The notes under the pieces: model-generated
The model's input: the letters and a program-made list of their open reading frames with translations, nothing else
What the model was told of the DNA's origin: nothing
Database searches by the model: none
In this document: positions 1-11,169 of the stretch, in pieces
How the letters are laid out: every line of letters starts with the position of its first letter
Numbering within the stretch: position 1 is the stretch's first letter
Source of the DNA: Candidatus Pampinifervens sinense
GTDB taxonomy: Bacteria > Aquificota > Aquificia > Aquificales > Aquificaceae
Length of the DNA: 64,000 bases
Assembly: GCA_037927135.1 (NCBI GenBank)
Contig: JAXSPP010000004.1
Coordinates: 64,001 to 128,000 of the forward strand
Direction of reading: 5' to 3'
Position numbers and translations under genes: made by a program

Positions 1-70
1 GCTAAGGTTTGCCATAAGGGAAGGTGGAAAGACTGTTGGAGCGGGTGTAGTCACAAAAATTATTGAGTGA
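1..70 (+). CDS. tuf: elongation factor Tu, 3' end (partial)
   Basis: Frame from base 2 reads LRFAIREGGKTVGAGVVTKIIE*, the conserved EF-Tu C-terminus, immediately upstream of rpsJ. Confidence 0.95.
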   Translation, partial: LRFAIREGGKTVGAGVVTKIIE

Positions 71-80
71 GGTGTAAAAG

Positions 81-395
81 ATGGAGCAGGAGGTAATAAG
101 AATAAAGTTAAAGTCTTACGACCATAGGCTATTGGATCAGTATGTGAAACAGATAATAGATACTGTGAAGAGGACGGGGGGTGTGGTGAAAGGGCCCATC
201 CCCCTTCCCGTTCGCAGAAGAAGATGGGTGGTGCTAAGGTCTCCACATAAGTTTGATCAGTCTAGAGAGCATTTTGAAATAAGAGAACATAGAAGGATAA
301 TAGATATAACAAAGGCCACAGCTCAAACTATAGAATCTTTAAGAGACCTAACCCTACCAGCGGGTGTAGATGTAGAACTAATAATTGGGAGATAG
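81..395 (+). CDS. rpsJ: 30S ribosomal protein S10
   Basis: [30 protein letters not shown] motifs. Confidence 0.98.
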   Translation: MEQEVIRIKLKSYDHRLLDQYVKQIIDTVKRTGGVVKGPIPLPVRRRRWVVLRSPHKFDQSREHFEIREHRRIIDITKATAQTIESLRDLTLPAGVDVELIIGR

Positions 396-397
396 CC

Positions 398-1120
398 ATG
401 GCTATAGGTCTTATAGGTAAAAAGGTAGGAATGTTAAGGGTTTTTCTTAAGGATGGCACGGCCATACCGGCAACACTGATAGAGATAAAGCCAAATTATG
501 TGACTGCTATAAGGACAAAGGAAAAGGATGGTTATACGGCCATACAGGTAGGAGCCTTTGAGGGCAAAGAGAAGCACCTTACCAAACCCGAACTGGGCCA
601 CCTTAGAAAATGTGGAAAGATACTGAGGAAGCTGAAGGAGTTTAGGGTAGATTCAGTAGAAGGCTTTGAGGTAGGGCAAGAGCTGAGGGTAGAGTCCGTC
701 TTCCAGCCTGGTGATCTTGTGGATGTGGTAGGGAAGAGTAAGGGAAGAGGTTTTGCTGGTGCTATGAAGAGATGGGATTTTGGAGGATTCCCTAAGTCCC
801 ACGGACACAGATATCACAGGGCTGTAGGTTCCATAGGAAACAGAACGGATCCAGGTAGGGTGTGGAAGGGTAAAAGGATGCCTGGACATTGGGGTAATGA
901 GACCATAAGGGTGCAAGCTCTACTGGTTTTGGATGTATTGCCAGAGCATAATGCCCTTTTGGTAAAAGGTTCTGTTCCTGGACCCAATGGCGGCATAGTC
1001 TTTGTTGAGAAGAGCAGAATAGCTAATAGAAAATCCCAAAGGCTTAAATTGAATAGAATGAAGCATATAATAGAGAACCTTATTAAAGTGCAAGAGGTGG
1101 CTCAAAATGAAGGTGCTTGA
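398..1120 (+). CDS. rplC: 50S ribosomal protein L3
   Basis: [32 protein letters not shown]10 operon order. Confidence 0.98.
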   Translation: MAIGLIGKKVGMLRVFLKDGTAIPATLIEIKPNYVTAIRTKEKDGYTAIQVGAFEGKEKHLTKPELGHLRKCGKILRKLKEFRVDSVEGFEVGQELRVESVFQPGDLVDVVGKSKGRGFAGAMKRWDFGGFPKSHGHRYHRAVGSIGNRTDPGRVWKGKRMPGHWGNETIRVQALLVLDVLPEHNALLVKGSVPGPNGGIVFVEKSRIANRKSQRLKLNRMKHIIENLIKVQEVAQNEGA

Positions 1121-1706
1121 GGTAGAGCTCAAACCTGAGGTTTTTGATGTAAAGGTAAAAAGGCATGTGCTGTGGGAAGTGGTAAGGTGGCAGTTGGCCA
1201 AAAGGAGACAAGGAACCCACAGCACAAAAACGAGGGGTGAAGTAGCCTACAGCGGAAGGAAGATTTTGCCACAGAAGGGCACAGGTAATGCTAGACACGG
1301 TGATAGGGGTGCTAACATATTTGTAGGTGGTGGTGTGGCCCATGGTCCAAAGCCCAGAGATTATGAATATAACCTTCCCAAAAAAGTAAGAAGACTGGGT
1401 CTAAAGATGGCCTTGACCCTCAAGGCAAAGGAGAACAACCTTATAGTGGTGGATAACATTGAGCTGGGAGAGGTGCCAAAGACGAAGAAGGCTGTGGAAG
1501 TGCTCAAGACCTTAGGCATAGACCAGTATAAGGTTCTTATAGTCATTCCCCAAAAGGATGAGATTATATATAAATCTTTTAGGAACTTGCCCAACGTTAG
1601 CGTTTTGCCCGTAGAAGGCCTAAACGTATACTCCATACTTTGGGCCGATAAAATGGTCATAACGCAGGATGCCCTTGAAAAAGTTTACGAGAGGTTGGCA
1701 TCATGA
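1107..1706 (+). CDS. rplD: 50S ribosomal protein L4
   Basis: [33 protein letters not shown]. Confidence 0.98.
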   Translation: MKVLEVELKPEVFDVKVKRHVLWEVVRWQLAKRRQGTHSTKTRGEVAYSGRKILPQKGTGNARHGDRGANIFVGGGVAHGPKPRDYEYNLPKKVRRLGLKMALTLKAKENNLIVVDNIELGEVPKTKKAVEVLKTLGIDQYKVLIVIPQKDEIIYKSFRNLPNVSVLPVEGLNVYSILWADKMVITQDALEKVYERLAS

Positions 1707-1999
1707 GGAGGCCTGAGGAGATAATAATAAGACCTATCATAACGGAGAAGAGCACTAGGCTCATGGAAGATCATAAAAAATACACCTTTGAAGTGGCTTT
1801 GGATGCCACAAAGCATGAGATAAAGTATGCGGTGGAACAGCTCTTCGGTGTAAAGGTGCTTAAGGTGAATACGATGATAGTAAAGCCAAAAAAGAAGAGG
1901 GTTTTTGGTAAACCAGGAAGGTACGGCTATACAAGAAAGTATAAGAAGGCTATAGTTACAATAGCTCCAGATCAAGAGATAGACCTTACAGGAGTGTAA
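1703..1999 (+). CDS. rplW: 50S ribosomal protein L23
   Basis: PIITEKS, KYTFEV..DATK.EIK.AVE, KKAIVT. Confidence 0.97.
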   Translation: MRRPEEIIIRPIITEKSTRLMEDHKKYTFEVALDATKHEIKYAVEQLFGVKVLKVNTMIVKPKKKRVFGKPGRYGYTRKYKKAIVTIAPDQEIDLTGV

Positions 2000-2001
2000 A
2001 C

Positions 2002-2880
2002 ATGGGTGTAAGGAAACTTAAGCCAGTTACCAACGGTCAGAGGCATGCGGTCCTTTACGACTTTTCAGAGATAACTAAGAAGGAGCCGGAAAAGTCTCTC
2101 CTTGTGCACTATCACAGGGCAAAGGGTAGATCAAGACAGCAGGGTAAAATAACCGCAAGGGGTAGAGGTGGTGGACACAAAAGGCGCTACAGGCTTATAG
2201 ACTTCAAAAGGGACAAGAGCCTTGTGCCAGCAAAGGTAGTGGCCATAGAATACGATCCAAACAGAACGGCGCGTATAGCATTGCTTCACTACGCAGACGG
2301 AGAAAAGAGGTACATACTATGGCCGGAAGGTCTAAAGGTAGGTGATACGGTCATCTCCATCTCCTATGAGGATGCGGAGGCAGGAAAGGAGCTTCCAGAG
2401 ATAAAGGTGGGCAATGCCCTTCCTCTAAAGTACATACCTGTGGGAACCATAGTCCACAATGTGGAGCTACATCCTGGCAAGGGAGGACAGATAGCAAGGG
2501 CGGCCGGCATGTCAGCCCAGGTGCTTGGTAAGGTGGGAGACTATGTGCAACTTAGGATGCCCTCTGGAGAGATAAGGCTTGTTCATCAAAGGTGTATGGC
2601 TACTATAGGTGCAGTAGGTCTTGCAGAACACGAGCTTATAAAGTATGGAAAGGCTGGAAGGCGCAGATGGCTTGGCTGGAGACCTATAACTAGAGGTACG
2701 GCTATGAACGCCGTGGACCACCCTCACGGTGGTGGTGAAGGTAGGACAAGGGGTAAGCACCCAGAGTCTCCATGGGGTTGGAAGACTAAGGGTTATAAGA
2801 CCAGAAGGGGCAAAAAGTACTCCGATAAGTTCATTCTTGTCACCAGGAAGGGTAAGCCTCTGAAGGGAGGTGTGAAGTAA
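2002..2880 (+). CDS. rplB: 50S ribosomal protein L2
   Basis: [38 protein letters not shown]. Confidence 0.98.
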   Translation: MGVRKLKPVTNGQRHAVLYDFSEITKKEPEKSLLVHYHRAKGRSRQQGKITARGRGGGHKRRYRLIDFKRDKSLVPAKVVAIEYDPNRTARIALLHYADGEKRYILWPEGLKVGDTVISISYEDAEAGKELPEIKVGNALPLKYIPVGTIVHNVELHPGKGGQIARAAGMSAQVLGKVGDYVQLRMPSGEIRLVHQRCMATIGAVGLAEHELIKYGKAGRRRWLGWRPITRGTAMNAVDHPHGGGEGRTRGKHPESPWGWKTKGYKTRRGKKYSDKFILVTRKGKPLKGGVK

Positions 2881-3335
2881 TGGGCTTTAGAGGAGCTTGG
2901 AACAAGAGAAATAAGCTAATAGAGGATTTGGATACCTTTTTGAAGCTCTATAAAAAGACTCAGAGGATATATAAGAAGGTGCGTGCCGTTCAACACATAC
3001 CAGAACTCTACCAGAAGGCCCTTGAAAAGTACCACCAAGTATGGGAAGAGTATAGGAAGATCGTCAACAAAAAGGCCTGGGTAGATCCTAAGCTTTGGGC
3101 TACCATAAGGAAGATGAACCAGACTGGAGAAAGAAAGGTGGTCAAAACCTACAGTAGAGACACCACCATTATACCAGAGTTTGTAGGCCATACGATAGCT
3201 GTACACAACGGTAAGACCTTTGTACCAGTATACATAACATCCGATATGGTGGGCCACAAGCTCGGTGAGTTTGCTCCTACCAGGACCTTTAGAGGACATC
3301 CAGATAAATCTGCAAAGGTTGCAAAGAAAAAGTGA
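2880..3335 (+). CDS. rpsS: 30S ribosomal protein S19 with N-terminal extension
   Basis: [37 protein letters not shown] in the C-terminal ~90 aa. Confidence 0.96.
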   Translation: MGFRGAWNKRNKLIEDLDTFLKLYKKTQRIYKKVRAVQHIPELYQKALEKYHQVWEEYRKIVNKKAWVDPKLWATIRKMNQTGERKVVKTYSRDTTIIPEFVGHTIAVHNGKTFVPVYITSDMVGHKLGEFAPTRTFRGHPDKSAKVAKKK

Positions 3336-3345
3336 GGTGTAGGCC

Positions 3346-3687
3346 ATGGAGGCAAGGGCTATACTTAGGTATGCTAGGATATCTCCCACGAAGGCAAGGC
3401 AAGTGCTAAGGGTGATAAAAGGTATGAAGGCATCGGAAGCCTTCTACCAGCTCAAATTCATACCAAAGAAGGCTGCGCGTATAATAGAAGGTGTATTAAA
3501 GAGCGCTATAGCCAATGCGGAACAGAAGGGTATGGACATTGACAAGCTTTACATTAAAAAAGCGGTGGCGGACCAAGGTCCCATGTACAAAAAGTGGATG
3601 CCTAGAGCCCACGGTAGGGCTACCATGATAAGGAAGAGGACTTCCCACATAACCATAGTTCTTGAAGAAAAGCAGGAGGAAAGCTGA
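3346..3687 (+). CDS. rplV: 50S ribosomal protein L22
   Basis: [31 protein letters not shown]. Confidence 0.98.
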   Translation: MEARAILRYARISPTKARQVLRVIKGMKASEAFYQLKFIPKKAARIIEGVLKSAIANAEQKGMDIDKLYIKKAVADQGPMYKKWMPRAHGRATMIRKRTSHITIVLEEKQEES

Positions 3688-4382
3688 TGGGTCAGAAAAC
3701 ACATCCTATAGGCTTTAGGCTAGGTATTATTAAAGATTGGAATTCCAAGTGGTTTGCCAACAAGAAGGACTATACCCAGTTGCTCCATGAGGACCTGAGG
3801 ATAAAGAGCTACATAAAGCAGAGGTATGCAGCCGCTGGTATATCAAGGATAGTTGTGGAAAGGATGGCAGATAAGGTGAAGGTAAGGGTGTTTGCAGCAA
3901 GGCCAGGTATAATCATAGGTAGAAAGGGTGCAGAAGTAGAACAGCTTAAGAAGGATATAGAGTATATAACCGGTGGTAAGGATGTGGTAATTACTGTGGA
4001 GGAGGTGAGAGTTCCTGAGCTTGATGCTCAGCTTGTGGCCGAAGAAATAGCCATGCAGATAGAGAGGAGGGTTTCCCACAGAAGGGCTATGAAGAGGGCC
4101 ATAGACAATGCCATAAAGGCTGGAGCAAAAGGGATAAAGGTACAGGTAAAGGGTCGTATAGGTGGTGCGGAGCTGGCAAGGGCGGAATGGTTCTTGGTGG
4201 GTAGGATGCCACTCCAAACAATAAGGGCTGATATAGACTATGGCTTCGCTGTAGCCCAAACAAAATATGGTGTGCTTGGTGTAAAGGTTTGGATATACAA
4301 AGGTGATATACTTAAAGGTGGTAAGGAAGAAATTATTAAGAAGATAGAGGAAGATCTAAAGAAGGTGGAAAAGGAGGTGTAG
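3687..4382 (+). CDS. rpsC: 30S ribosomal protein S3
   Basis: [33 protein letters not shown]. Confidence 0.98.
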   Translation: MGQKTHPIGFRLGIIKDWNSKWFANKKDYTQLLHEDLRIKSYIKQRYAAAGISRIVVERMADKVKVRVFAARPGIIIGRKGAEVEQLKKDIEYITGGKDVVITVEEVRVPELDAQLVAEEIAMQIERRVSHRRAMKRAIDNAIKAGAKGIKVQVKGRIGGAELARAEWFLVGRMPLQTIRADIDYGFAVAQTKYGVLGVKVWIYKGDILKGGKEEIIKKIEEDLKKVEKEV

Positions 4383-4384
4383 AG

Positions 4385-4810
4385 ATGTCTTTCCTTGCTC
4401 CTAGAAAGACAAAGTTTAGGAAGAGTCAAAGAGGCACTTTGAAAGGTAAGGCCTTTAGAGGCAATAAGGTATCCTTTGGAGAGTATGGCATACAAGCCTT
4501 GGAGGCATGTTGGCTCACACAAAGGCAGATAGAGGCTGGAAGGGTGGCCCTTGTGAGGGCCTTAAGAAAGGGTGCAAAGGTTTGGGTGCAGGTATTTCCT
4601 GACAAGCCATACACGAGGAAACCTAATGAGGTGAGGATGGGTGGAGGTAAGGGTGATCCCGAAGGCTTTGTAGCGGTGGTAAAACCTGGTAAAATATTAT
4701 ACGAATTCTCCGGTGTGCCTGAGGATGTGGCAAGGGAAGCTCACAAGCTGGTAGACTCTAAGCTTCCTATAAAGACGAGGCTTGTTAAGGCGGGAGGTAT
4801 TCAGGTATGA
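4385..4810 (+). CDS. rplP: 50S ribosomal protein L16
   Basis: [24 protein letters not shown]. Confidence 0.98.
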   Translation: MSFLAPRKTKFRKSQRGTLKGKAFRGNKVSFGEYGIQALEACWLTQRQIEAGRVALVRALRKGAKVWVQVFPDKPYTRKPNEVRMGGGKGDPEGFVAVVKPGKILYEFSGVPEDVAREAHKLVDSKLPIKTRLVKAGGIQV

Positions 4811-5007
4811 AGGCCAGCGAGCTTAGGAAGCTTAGCCTTCAGGATCTGTTAAAGAAGGAGGAAGAGCTAAGAAGGACACTACTGAGGCTGAGGTTTAAAA
4901 AGAAGCTTGAAGGCCTTCCTAACCCTATGGAGATAAGAAAGACCAGGAGAGAGTTGGCAAGGGTATTGACTATAATAAGAGAAAAACAGTTGAGAGGTGA
5001 GGTGTGA
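4807..5007 (+). CDS. rpmC: 50S ribosomal protein L29
   Basis: [20 protein letters not shown]; operon position. Confidence 0.96.
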   Translation: MKASELRKLSLQDLLKKEEELRRTLLRLRFKKKLEGLPNPMEIRKTRRELARVLTIIREKQLRGEV

Positions 5008-5318
5008 TGGATAAGCCTTGGCATCTTAAAAGAAAGGAGTTTGTAGGAGTAGTTGTAAGCGATAAAATGGACAAAACTGTTGTGGTAAGGGTGGACAGGA
5101 AGGTGCAACATCCACTCTATAAAAAGCATATAGTGAAAAGTAAAAAATACCATGCCCATGATCCCAACAACGAGTGCAGGGTAGGAGACATAGTCGTAAT
5201 AAGGGAGACAAGACCACTTTCAAAGACAAAAAGGTGGGTAGTGGTAAAAATACTTCAGAGGGCCAAGTCTCCAGAGGAGGTGGTGGAAGTCCAAGAGCAA
5301 AAGCAGGAGCAACAGTAA
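5007..5318 (+). CDS. rpsQ: 30S ribosomal protein S17
   Basis: [34 protein letters not shown] 5007 overlaps rpmC stop (GTG 5004 alternative). Confidence 0.97.
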   Translation: MDKPWHLKRKEFVGVVVSDKMDKTVVVRVDRKVQHPLYKKHIVKSKKYHAHDPNNECRVGDIVVIRETRPLSKTKRWVVVKILQRAKSPEEVVEVQEQKQEQQ

Positions 5319-5327
5319 AATATCTTT

Positions 5328-7313
5328 ATGCTCCTGTTTTTGTTCCTAATCCTCCTTTACTCCCTTTCTTACTCTATTGAAATATTTTCACAAAGCCTTG
5401 AGAGGCTTCCAGATAACATATATAAAGCGGAGGGAGAGGTAGAAGCTTACTACAGGGATTATTATATAAAGGCAGATTTTATGACTTATGATCCCAAAAA
5501 CAGGGTGGTTTACGCTAAAGGAAATGTCTATATAAGGTCCCTCGATGGAAGGCTTGAAGTGAAAGGAAGTGAGGCCCTTTTGGACCTTGAAAGGGATGTA
5601 GGTTATTTTTTAGACGCAGAGGGTAAGTTTGAAAAGTTTAGCTTTACAGCAAAGAGAGTGGACAAGGAGGGGGAAGACTACATAGTTCAAGATGGTTCTA
5701 TAAGCACATGCCCTCCAGATAAGAGGGAGATGGTTTTGTGTTTTTCAAAGGCCCACATATCACAAAGGTATGTCTTTAGCCAAAATAATACGCTAAGGCT
5801 CTTTAATGTACCCTTTGTCTATCTTCCTATAGGTGTTTTCCCAAGAGGAGAGAGAAGATCAGGCCTTTTGCCGCCTATCATAGGATCAAATACTTACAAT
5901 ACCTTTATCTATCAACAACCTATCTATTGGGCAATATCTCCAGATAAGGATGCTACCTTGACCCTTGATATAAGGGATAAGCAAGCCAAGGGCATTGACC
6001 TTGAATACCGTCAATCCATAAGAAAAGAGCTTGACCTTATTGGATCCTTTTCTCTTTACAAGGAGCCTACACCCCCAAAGGAATGGTGGCAGGGTAGAAA
6101 CCTTGGATCCTTTAGAGAAAACCGCTATAGGATAAAGTGGAATATTGATCTAGGTAATCTAAAGGCAGGTGTAGACCTCCTTTCAGATCCATACTTTATG
6201 GAAGATGTTTATCTTACCGTAAAGGAAAGAACAGTCCCTTATTTGACCTCCTTTATAAACTATACAAAGGAATGGGACAAGTTCCTCTTTACCTTTGATT
6301 TGAGAAGGTTCTATGACACCACATCACCAAGCAATAAGAATGCGCTTCAAAGGCTTCCAGAAATTGGCTTTTATATAAAGGATCAAAAGGTTTTTGATTT
6401 TTTGTATTTTAATTTAAGCACCGCTTATACAAACTTTTACAGAGAGGAAGGTTTAAGTGCCCACAGAATTCTTATACTTCCTGAATTTTCCATACCAAAA
6501 AGGCTTTTCGGTTTTAACTTTTTATCTACTCTAACCTTAGAAAATCTTTTCTATATAAATTTAAAGGGCAATCATAAGGAGGATAAGGTTATTGGTTCTT
6601 TAAAATATGTGGAAAGGGTCCCTTACTTTTTTAATTTGAACTACAAAAACTTAAAAATGAACAACCTTGTAGAGATCTCTTATTCCTACAGGCCCAGAAG
6701 CTACTCAAATCCAAGCTTTGACCATCTTGATAATATAAGAAAGGAAAGCTTGCTTTCCTACACTTTTAGAAGCTATGGCTACTATGACAAAAGGCCTTTA
6801 TACACCCTATTCTTAGAAGGTGGATTTAACTATCTTGGAAAGTTTACATACCTTGGACAGGAAGTCAAGGGAAAGGCATTACCGCTAAGATCCTTGCTAC
6901 AGCTTTACCCTATAGAAAATGTAAGCCTTTCTACGGATAGCACTTATGACTTTGCACATGGAAGATTTCTCAGAACGGTGGGCAATATTACCTTTAGCTA
7001 CAAAAGTAATAGTTTAAGCTTTGGCAGAGTTCTTGAGAGGAACTATGATGGATTAAAATTGAACGATCAGTATAGTCTTTCAGCTCAAGGTGTTCACGGA
7101 CCTCTAAAGGTATCAATGAACCTAATAAGGGACAATAGGATAAATAAGGATCTTCAAAGGCAGTTAAACCTTGATTATAGGGGTGCATGCTGGAGCCTAG
7201 GCCTTATGCTTAGGGATACTTACGATGGAACAAAACAGAGGTACATAAAGGAAGTGTTTTTAACTTTTAACCTTTTTGACCTTCAGAGGTTTACAGTGCC
7301 TCTAAAGAGGTAA
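5328..7313 (+). CDS. lptD: LPS-assembly outer-membrane protein LptD (OstA family)
   Basis: Signal peptide, OstA-like N-terminus, STCP, ERRSGLLPP, PIYWAISP, QRLPE, aromatic-rich beta-barrel, late CW motif. Confidence 0.85.
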   Translation: MLLFLFLILLYSLSYSIEIFSQSLERLPDNIYKAEGEVEAYYRDYYIKADFMTYDPKNRVVYAKGNVYIRSLDGRLEVKGSEALLDLERDVGYFLDAEGKFEKFSFTAKRVDKEGEDYIVQDGSISTCPPDKREMVLCFSKAHISQRYVFSQNNTLRLFNVPFVYLPIGVFPRGERRSGLLPPIIGSNTYNTFIYQQPIYWAISPDKDATLTLDIRDKQAKGIDLEYRQSIRKELDLIGSFSLYKEPTPPKEWWQGRNLGSFRENRYRIKWNIDLGNLKAGVDLLSDPYFMEDVYLTVKERTVPYLTSFINYTKEWDKFLFTFDLRRFYDTTSPSNKNALQRLPEIGFYIKDQKVFDFLYFNLSTAYTNFYREEGLSAHRILILPEFSIPKRLFGFNFLSTLTLENLFYINLKGNHKEDKVIGSLKYVERVPYFFNLNYKNLKMNNLVEISYSYRPRSYSNPSFDHLDNIRKESLLSYTFRSYGYYDKRPLYTLFLEGGFNYLGKFTYLGQEVKGKALPLRSLLQLYPIENVSLSTDSTYDFAHGRFLRTVGNITFSYKSNSLSFGRVLERNYDGLKLNDQYSLSAQGVHGPLKVSMNLIRDNRINKDLQRQLNLDYRGACWSLGLMLRDTYDGTKQRYIKEVFLTFNLFDLQRFTVPLKR

Positions 7314-7959
7314 GCATATCCTTTAGCTTTTTAGTTTGAGCCCTTATATCCTTTGCCCCAAATATGCCAGATCCTACCACAAGTATGTCCGCACCGGCCC
7401 TTGCCACTTCCACTATATTCTCCTCCTTGATTCCTCCATCCACCTCTATAAGCACATTAGGGTTAATAGACTCTACCATGGCTTTAAGCCTCCTCAGTTT
7501 TACAAGTGATCTGTCTATAAACTTTTGACCACCAAAGCCAGGGTTTACGGACATAAGCAGGACAAAGTCCACATAGTAGAGGATCTCTTCAAGGGAAGAT
7601 AGGGGTGTGGCAGGGTTTATAACTACTCCAGCTTTTGCTCCAAGGTTTTTTATAAGGTCTACCGTTCTGTGAAGGTGGGGTGTGTTTTCCACATGTACGC
7701 TTACCATATCAGCACCAGCCTTTATAAAGTCTGGTATGTATCTATCTGGGTTTTCTATCATAAGATGTGCATCCAGTGGTAGAGGGCAATGCTTTTTTAT
7801 GCTTTCCAGCAATACAGGGCCAAAAGTTATGTTGGGTACAAAGTGTCCGTCCATAACATCAAAGTGTATAATATCAGCACCACCTTCTATACACTCTTGT
7901 ATCTGTTCTCCAAGCCTCCAAAAGTCTGCGGAGAGTATGGACGGAGCCAAAAGCTTCAT
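7291..7959 (-). CDS. rpe: ribulose-phosphate 3-epimerase
   Basis: APSILSADF, HFDVMDGHFVPN, MSVNPGFGGQ, EVDGG. Confidence 0.97.
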   Translation of the reverse strand: MKLLAPSILSADFWRLGEQIQECIEGGADIIHFDVMDGHFVPNITFGPVLLESIKKHCPLPLDAHLMIENPDRYIPDFIKAGADMVSVHVENTPHLHRTVDLIKNLGAKAGVVINPATPLSSLEEILYYVDFVLLMSVNPGFGGQKFIDRSLVKLRRLKAMVESINPNVLIEVDGGIKEENIVEVARAGADILVVGSGIFGAKDIRAQTKKLKDMLTSLEAL

Positions 7960-9260
7960 TCCGCCTCCTCCTCAACCCTAATGAGCACAGGCTTTCCTAC
8001 AACAACAGGAAGATTTTGAACCTCCTCCAAAGCCTTCCTCATGTTCTTCTCATAAGCCTTGTGTGTTAGTATAACAAGCGGTATTATATGTTCTCCTTCT
8101 CTGCCTGCAAGCTTACACACCTTTTCCTTCTGCAATACACTGGCTATGCTGATATGATGATCTGCCAAAACCTTTGCTATACTTGCCAGAACACCAGGCC
8201 TGTCTGGAACATCAAACCTAAGGTAATACCTACTGTAGAAGTCTTCTGTAAGAGTATATACCTCCTTCTCCCAGCTTATACTTTGTTTACAGCTTGTGCC
8301 ATAAATTATCTTTTGGGCTATGTCTACTATATCTGAAACTACGGCGGAAGCCGTAGGATGTGATCCTGCCCCCCTGCCATAGAACATGGTCTTACCCACA
8401 AAGTCTCCCTCTACCATTATGGCGTTGAAGACATCGGAAACTTTAGCAAGCGGGTCTTCCTCTGGCAGAAAGGTAGGATGAACCCTCACCTCAAGCTCCC
8501 CTTCCCTTCTTTTGGCTATAGCCAAAAGCTTAAGTGTATATCCCAACTCCTTTCCAAGCTCCACATCCAAAAGGTCTATATGCCTTATGCCCTCCACGTA
8601 GACCTTTGAAAAAGGAAAGAAAACACCAAAGGCTATAAAGGATAGAATGGCTATCTTGTGAGCAGAATCCCAACCATCAATGTCTAGGCTTGGGTCGGCC
8701 TCCGCATACCCTTTTTCTTGGGCCTCCTTTAAAGCTACATCAAAGGGCACATCTTCCTGAAGCATTCTGGTAAGTATATAATTGGTGGTTCCGTTAAGGA
8801 TACCATAGATAACCTTTATGTTGTTGCCTACCAAGGATTCTCTTATGGCTTTTATGATTGGTATACCACCCCCTACAGATGCCTCAAAGCCTATGCATAG
8901 CCCCTTTTCCTCTGCCATCTTAAAGATCTCTTGCCCTTCTTCTGCCAAAAGGTGTTTGTTGGCTGTAACCACATGCCTTCCCCTATTTAAAGCCTCCTTT
9001 ATAAGCTCTTTAGCAAAGCCTTTACCTCCCACAAGCTCCACCACGATATGCGATTCCTCTATAACCTCTTTATAGTCTGTGGTCCTTAAAACCTCAGGCA
9101 CGTTAAAAGACCTTGGCCTCTGCCAATCCTTGTCCGCAACCTTTGATATCTGTATCTCTATACCCGTCTTCTTCTTTATAGTCTCCTGGTTCTTTAAAAG
9201 AAGCTCTACTACACCAGTTCCCACCACACCACAACCCACTATACCTACCTTTACCTTCAA
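7956..9260 (-). CDS. hom: homoserine dehydrogenase with C-terminal ACT domain
   Basis: GCGVVG, VVTANK, EASVGGGIP, NGTTNYIL, GYAEADP, GRGAG; ACT DRPGVLA. Confidence 0.96.
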   Translation of the reverse strand: MKVKVGIVGCGVVGTGVVELLLKNQETIKKKTGIEIQISKVADKDWQRPRSFNVPEVLRTTDYKEVIEESHIVVELVGGKGFAKELIKEALNRGRHVVTANKHLLAEEGQEIFKMAEEKGLCIGFEASVGGGIPIIKAIRESLVGNNIKVIYGILNGTTNYILTRMLQEDVPFDVALKEAQEKGYAEADPSLDIDGWDSAHKIAILSFIAFGVFFPFSKVYVEGIRHIDLLDVELGKELGYTLKLLAIAKRREGELEVRVHPTFLPEEDPLAKVSDVFNAIMVEGDFVGKTMFYGRGAGSHPTASAVVSDIVDIAQKIIYGTSCKQSISWEKEVYTLTEDFYSRYYLRFDVPDRPGVLASIAKVLADHHISIASVLQKEKVCKLAGREGEHIIPLVILTHKAYEKNMRKALEEVQNLPVVVGKPVLIRVEEEAE

Positions 9261-10123
9261 TGCCTTCCTCCATGGTTTGTTCTGTAAGGAACGGGTATGT
9301 ATTGGACGGAAGGCACCTGTGATCCCATGGGCTGAGGGAAGAGCTCCATAAGTTCATAAACCTCCTCCGGGACGTCCGTATTCACGTTTAGTCCTAAACT
9401 TCTTAGATGCTCTACCGTTAAGGGATAGTCATGGGTATATTTGCCCGTTGCTAGCTCCTCCGCTATCCTTTCTGCCTTTTCCCTTTCCATACCGTTCTGA
9501 GTCAAAAGCCATATGAGATAAGCCTTCATTTGCTCTATGGCCTTTTTGGCCACATCGGCCAATATGAGGGTTTGATCTTCCACATCCTTTATATCCTTTT
9601 GTTCAAGCACCTTTAATATGGAAGCCGCTGGCATCTGACCTATCTGGGGGTCTACTGGACCGAGCACCGCATTTGGGTCCATAACTATCTCATCTGCGGC
9701 TAAGGCCAAAAGGGTTCCACCAGACATGGCATAGTGTGGCACTATAACCCTTACAGGACCCTTATGCCTTACCAAAGCGTTGGCTATCTGAGTGGCTGCT
9801 AGAGCCAGACCACCCGGTGTGTGCACTATAAGGTCTATAGGCATGTCCGGTGGTGTCATCCTTATGGCCCTCAATACCTGTTCCGAATCCTCTATGTTTA
9901 TGTACTTAAAGATGGGTATGCCGAAGAAACCTAAGGCCTCTTGTCTGTGTATGAGTGTTATCACCCTGCTACCCCGCTTCTCTTCTAGCTGTCTTATCAG
10001 GCTTTCCCTAGCCTTTGAGAGAAGATACCTTCTCCAAAAGGGTATGAACACAAGGAGAAAGAACAGAAGTATCCAAAGAAAGCTCAGAAAGCTATAGAAA
10101 GGATTGTAATAAACAGGTTCCAT
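9257..10123 (-). CDS. ClpP-class (SDH/DUF114) membrane-anchored serine protease
   Basis: N-terminal TM helix, HTPGG, HYAMSGGT, GPVDPQ, THDYP. Confidence 0.85.
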   Translation of the reverse strand: MEPVYYNPFYSFLSFLWILLFFLLVFIPFWRRYLLSKARESLIRQLEEKRGSRVITLIHRQEALGFFGIPIFKYINIEDSEQVLRAIRMTPPDMPIDLIVHTPGGLALAATQIANALVRHKGPVRVIVPHYAMSGGTLLALAADEIVMDPNAVLGPVDPQIGQMPAASILKVLEQKDIKDVEDQTLILADVAKKAIEQMKAYLIWLLTQNGMEREKAERIAEELATGKYTHDYPLTVEHLRSLGLNVNTDVPEEVYELMELFPQPMGSQVPSVQYIPVPYRTNHGGRH

Positions 10124-10167
10124 AATTTTTAGATTATAGCATAGCCCTTATTGTTTATAATTAAAGC

Positions 10168-10725
10168 ATGGTGAAAAGGATAAGCACACCGCTGACGGAT
10201 GAGGTGATAGAGGACCTAAGGGCCGGTGATAAGGTCCTGATCACAGGCTACATTTACACCGCTAGGGATGCGGCTCACAAGAGGATGGTGGAGGCTATAC
10301 AGAAGGGTGAGCCTCTACCCATTGACCTTAAAGGCCAGATCATATACTACGTTGGTCCAACACCTCCAAAGCCTGGACAGGTAATAGGTTCGGCAGGGCC
10401 CACCACATCTATAAGAATGGATAAATACGTGGAAGACTTGCTAAAACTTGGTCTTAAGGGTATGATAGGTAAGGGCTATAGGTCTCCCTATGTGAAGGAA
10501 CTCTTGAAGAAGTATAAGGCTGTATACTTTGCCGCTGTGGGTGGTGTGGCCGTACTTCTATCAAAGTGTATAAAGTCATCAGAATTGGTAGCTTACGAAG
10601 ACCTTGGGACGGAGGCAATAAGAAGGCTTTATGTAGAGGATTTTCCAGTCATAGTGGCCAACGATATATACGGTGGTGATATCTTTGAGGAAGGAAGGAA
10701 GAAGTATGCAAGGATAGATATATAA
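10168..10725 (+). CDS. class I fumarate hydratase (Fe-S hydro-lyase) beta subunit
   Basis: TARDAAHKR, YYVGP, GPTTS.RM, GMIGKG, LGTEA. Confidence 0.93.
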   Translation: MVKRISTPLTDEVIEDLRAGDKVLITGYIYTARDAAHKRMVEAIQKGEPLPIDLKGQIIYYVGPTPPKPGQVIGSAGPTTSIRMDKYVEDLLKLGLKGMIGKGYRSPYVKELLKKYKAVYFAAVGGVAVLLSKCIKSSELVAYEDLGTEAIRRLYVEDFPVIVANDIYGGDIFEEGRKKYARIDI

Positions 10726-11156
10726 TGTGGCAGGAGCTTATTGCCACTGGTTTCTACATAGGAAGGCTGAAGTATGCACCTGGCACCTTTGGCACCCTTT
10801 TAGGTATACCCCTTGTTTATCTTTTTGCCTACAAGTGGTGGTTAACCCTTTTAATAGGATTACTTCTTTATGCAATAGCCTTTTGGTCCACTCAATACAT
10901 GCTGGAGCTCACAAGAGAAGAAGATCCGGAGGAGGTGGTAATAGACGAAATAGTGGGCTACTTTTTTTCCTTCATCTTTTTAGAACCAACTTTGAAGGCG
11001 TTGATAGTAGGCTTTTTGATCTTTAGAGCCCTTGACATAATAAAGCCCTTCCCTGTAAGCCTTTTTGAAAGGCTCCCCGGTGCACACGGAGTGTTGGCGG
11101 ATGATGTGGCAGCAGGCTTGATGAACGCTGTCATACTTTACTTCCTACTGGGCTAG
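10725..11156 (+). CDS. pgpA: phosphatidylglycerophosphatase A
   Basis: APGTFGT, DP.EVVIDEIVG, FRALDIIKP, ADDVAAG. Confidence 0.95.
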   Translation: MWQELIATGFYIGRLKYAPGTFGTLLGIPLVYLFAYKWWLTLLIGLLLYAIAFWSTQYMLELTREEDPEEVVIDEIVGYFFSFIFLEPTLKALIVGFLIFRALDIIKPFPVSLFERLPGAHGVLADDVAAGLMNAVILYFLLG

Positions 11157-11169
11157 TATATTTTCTATC

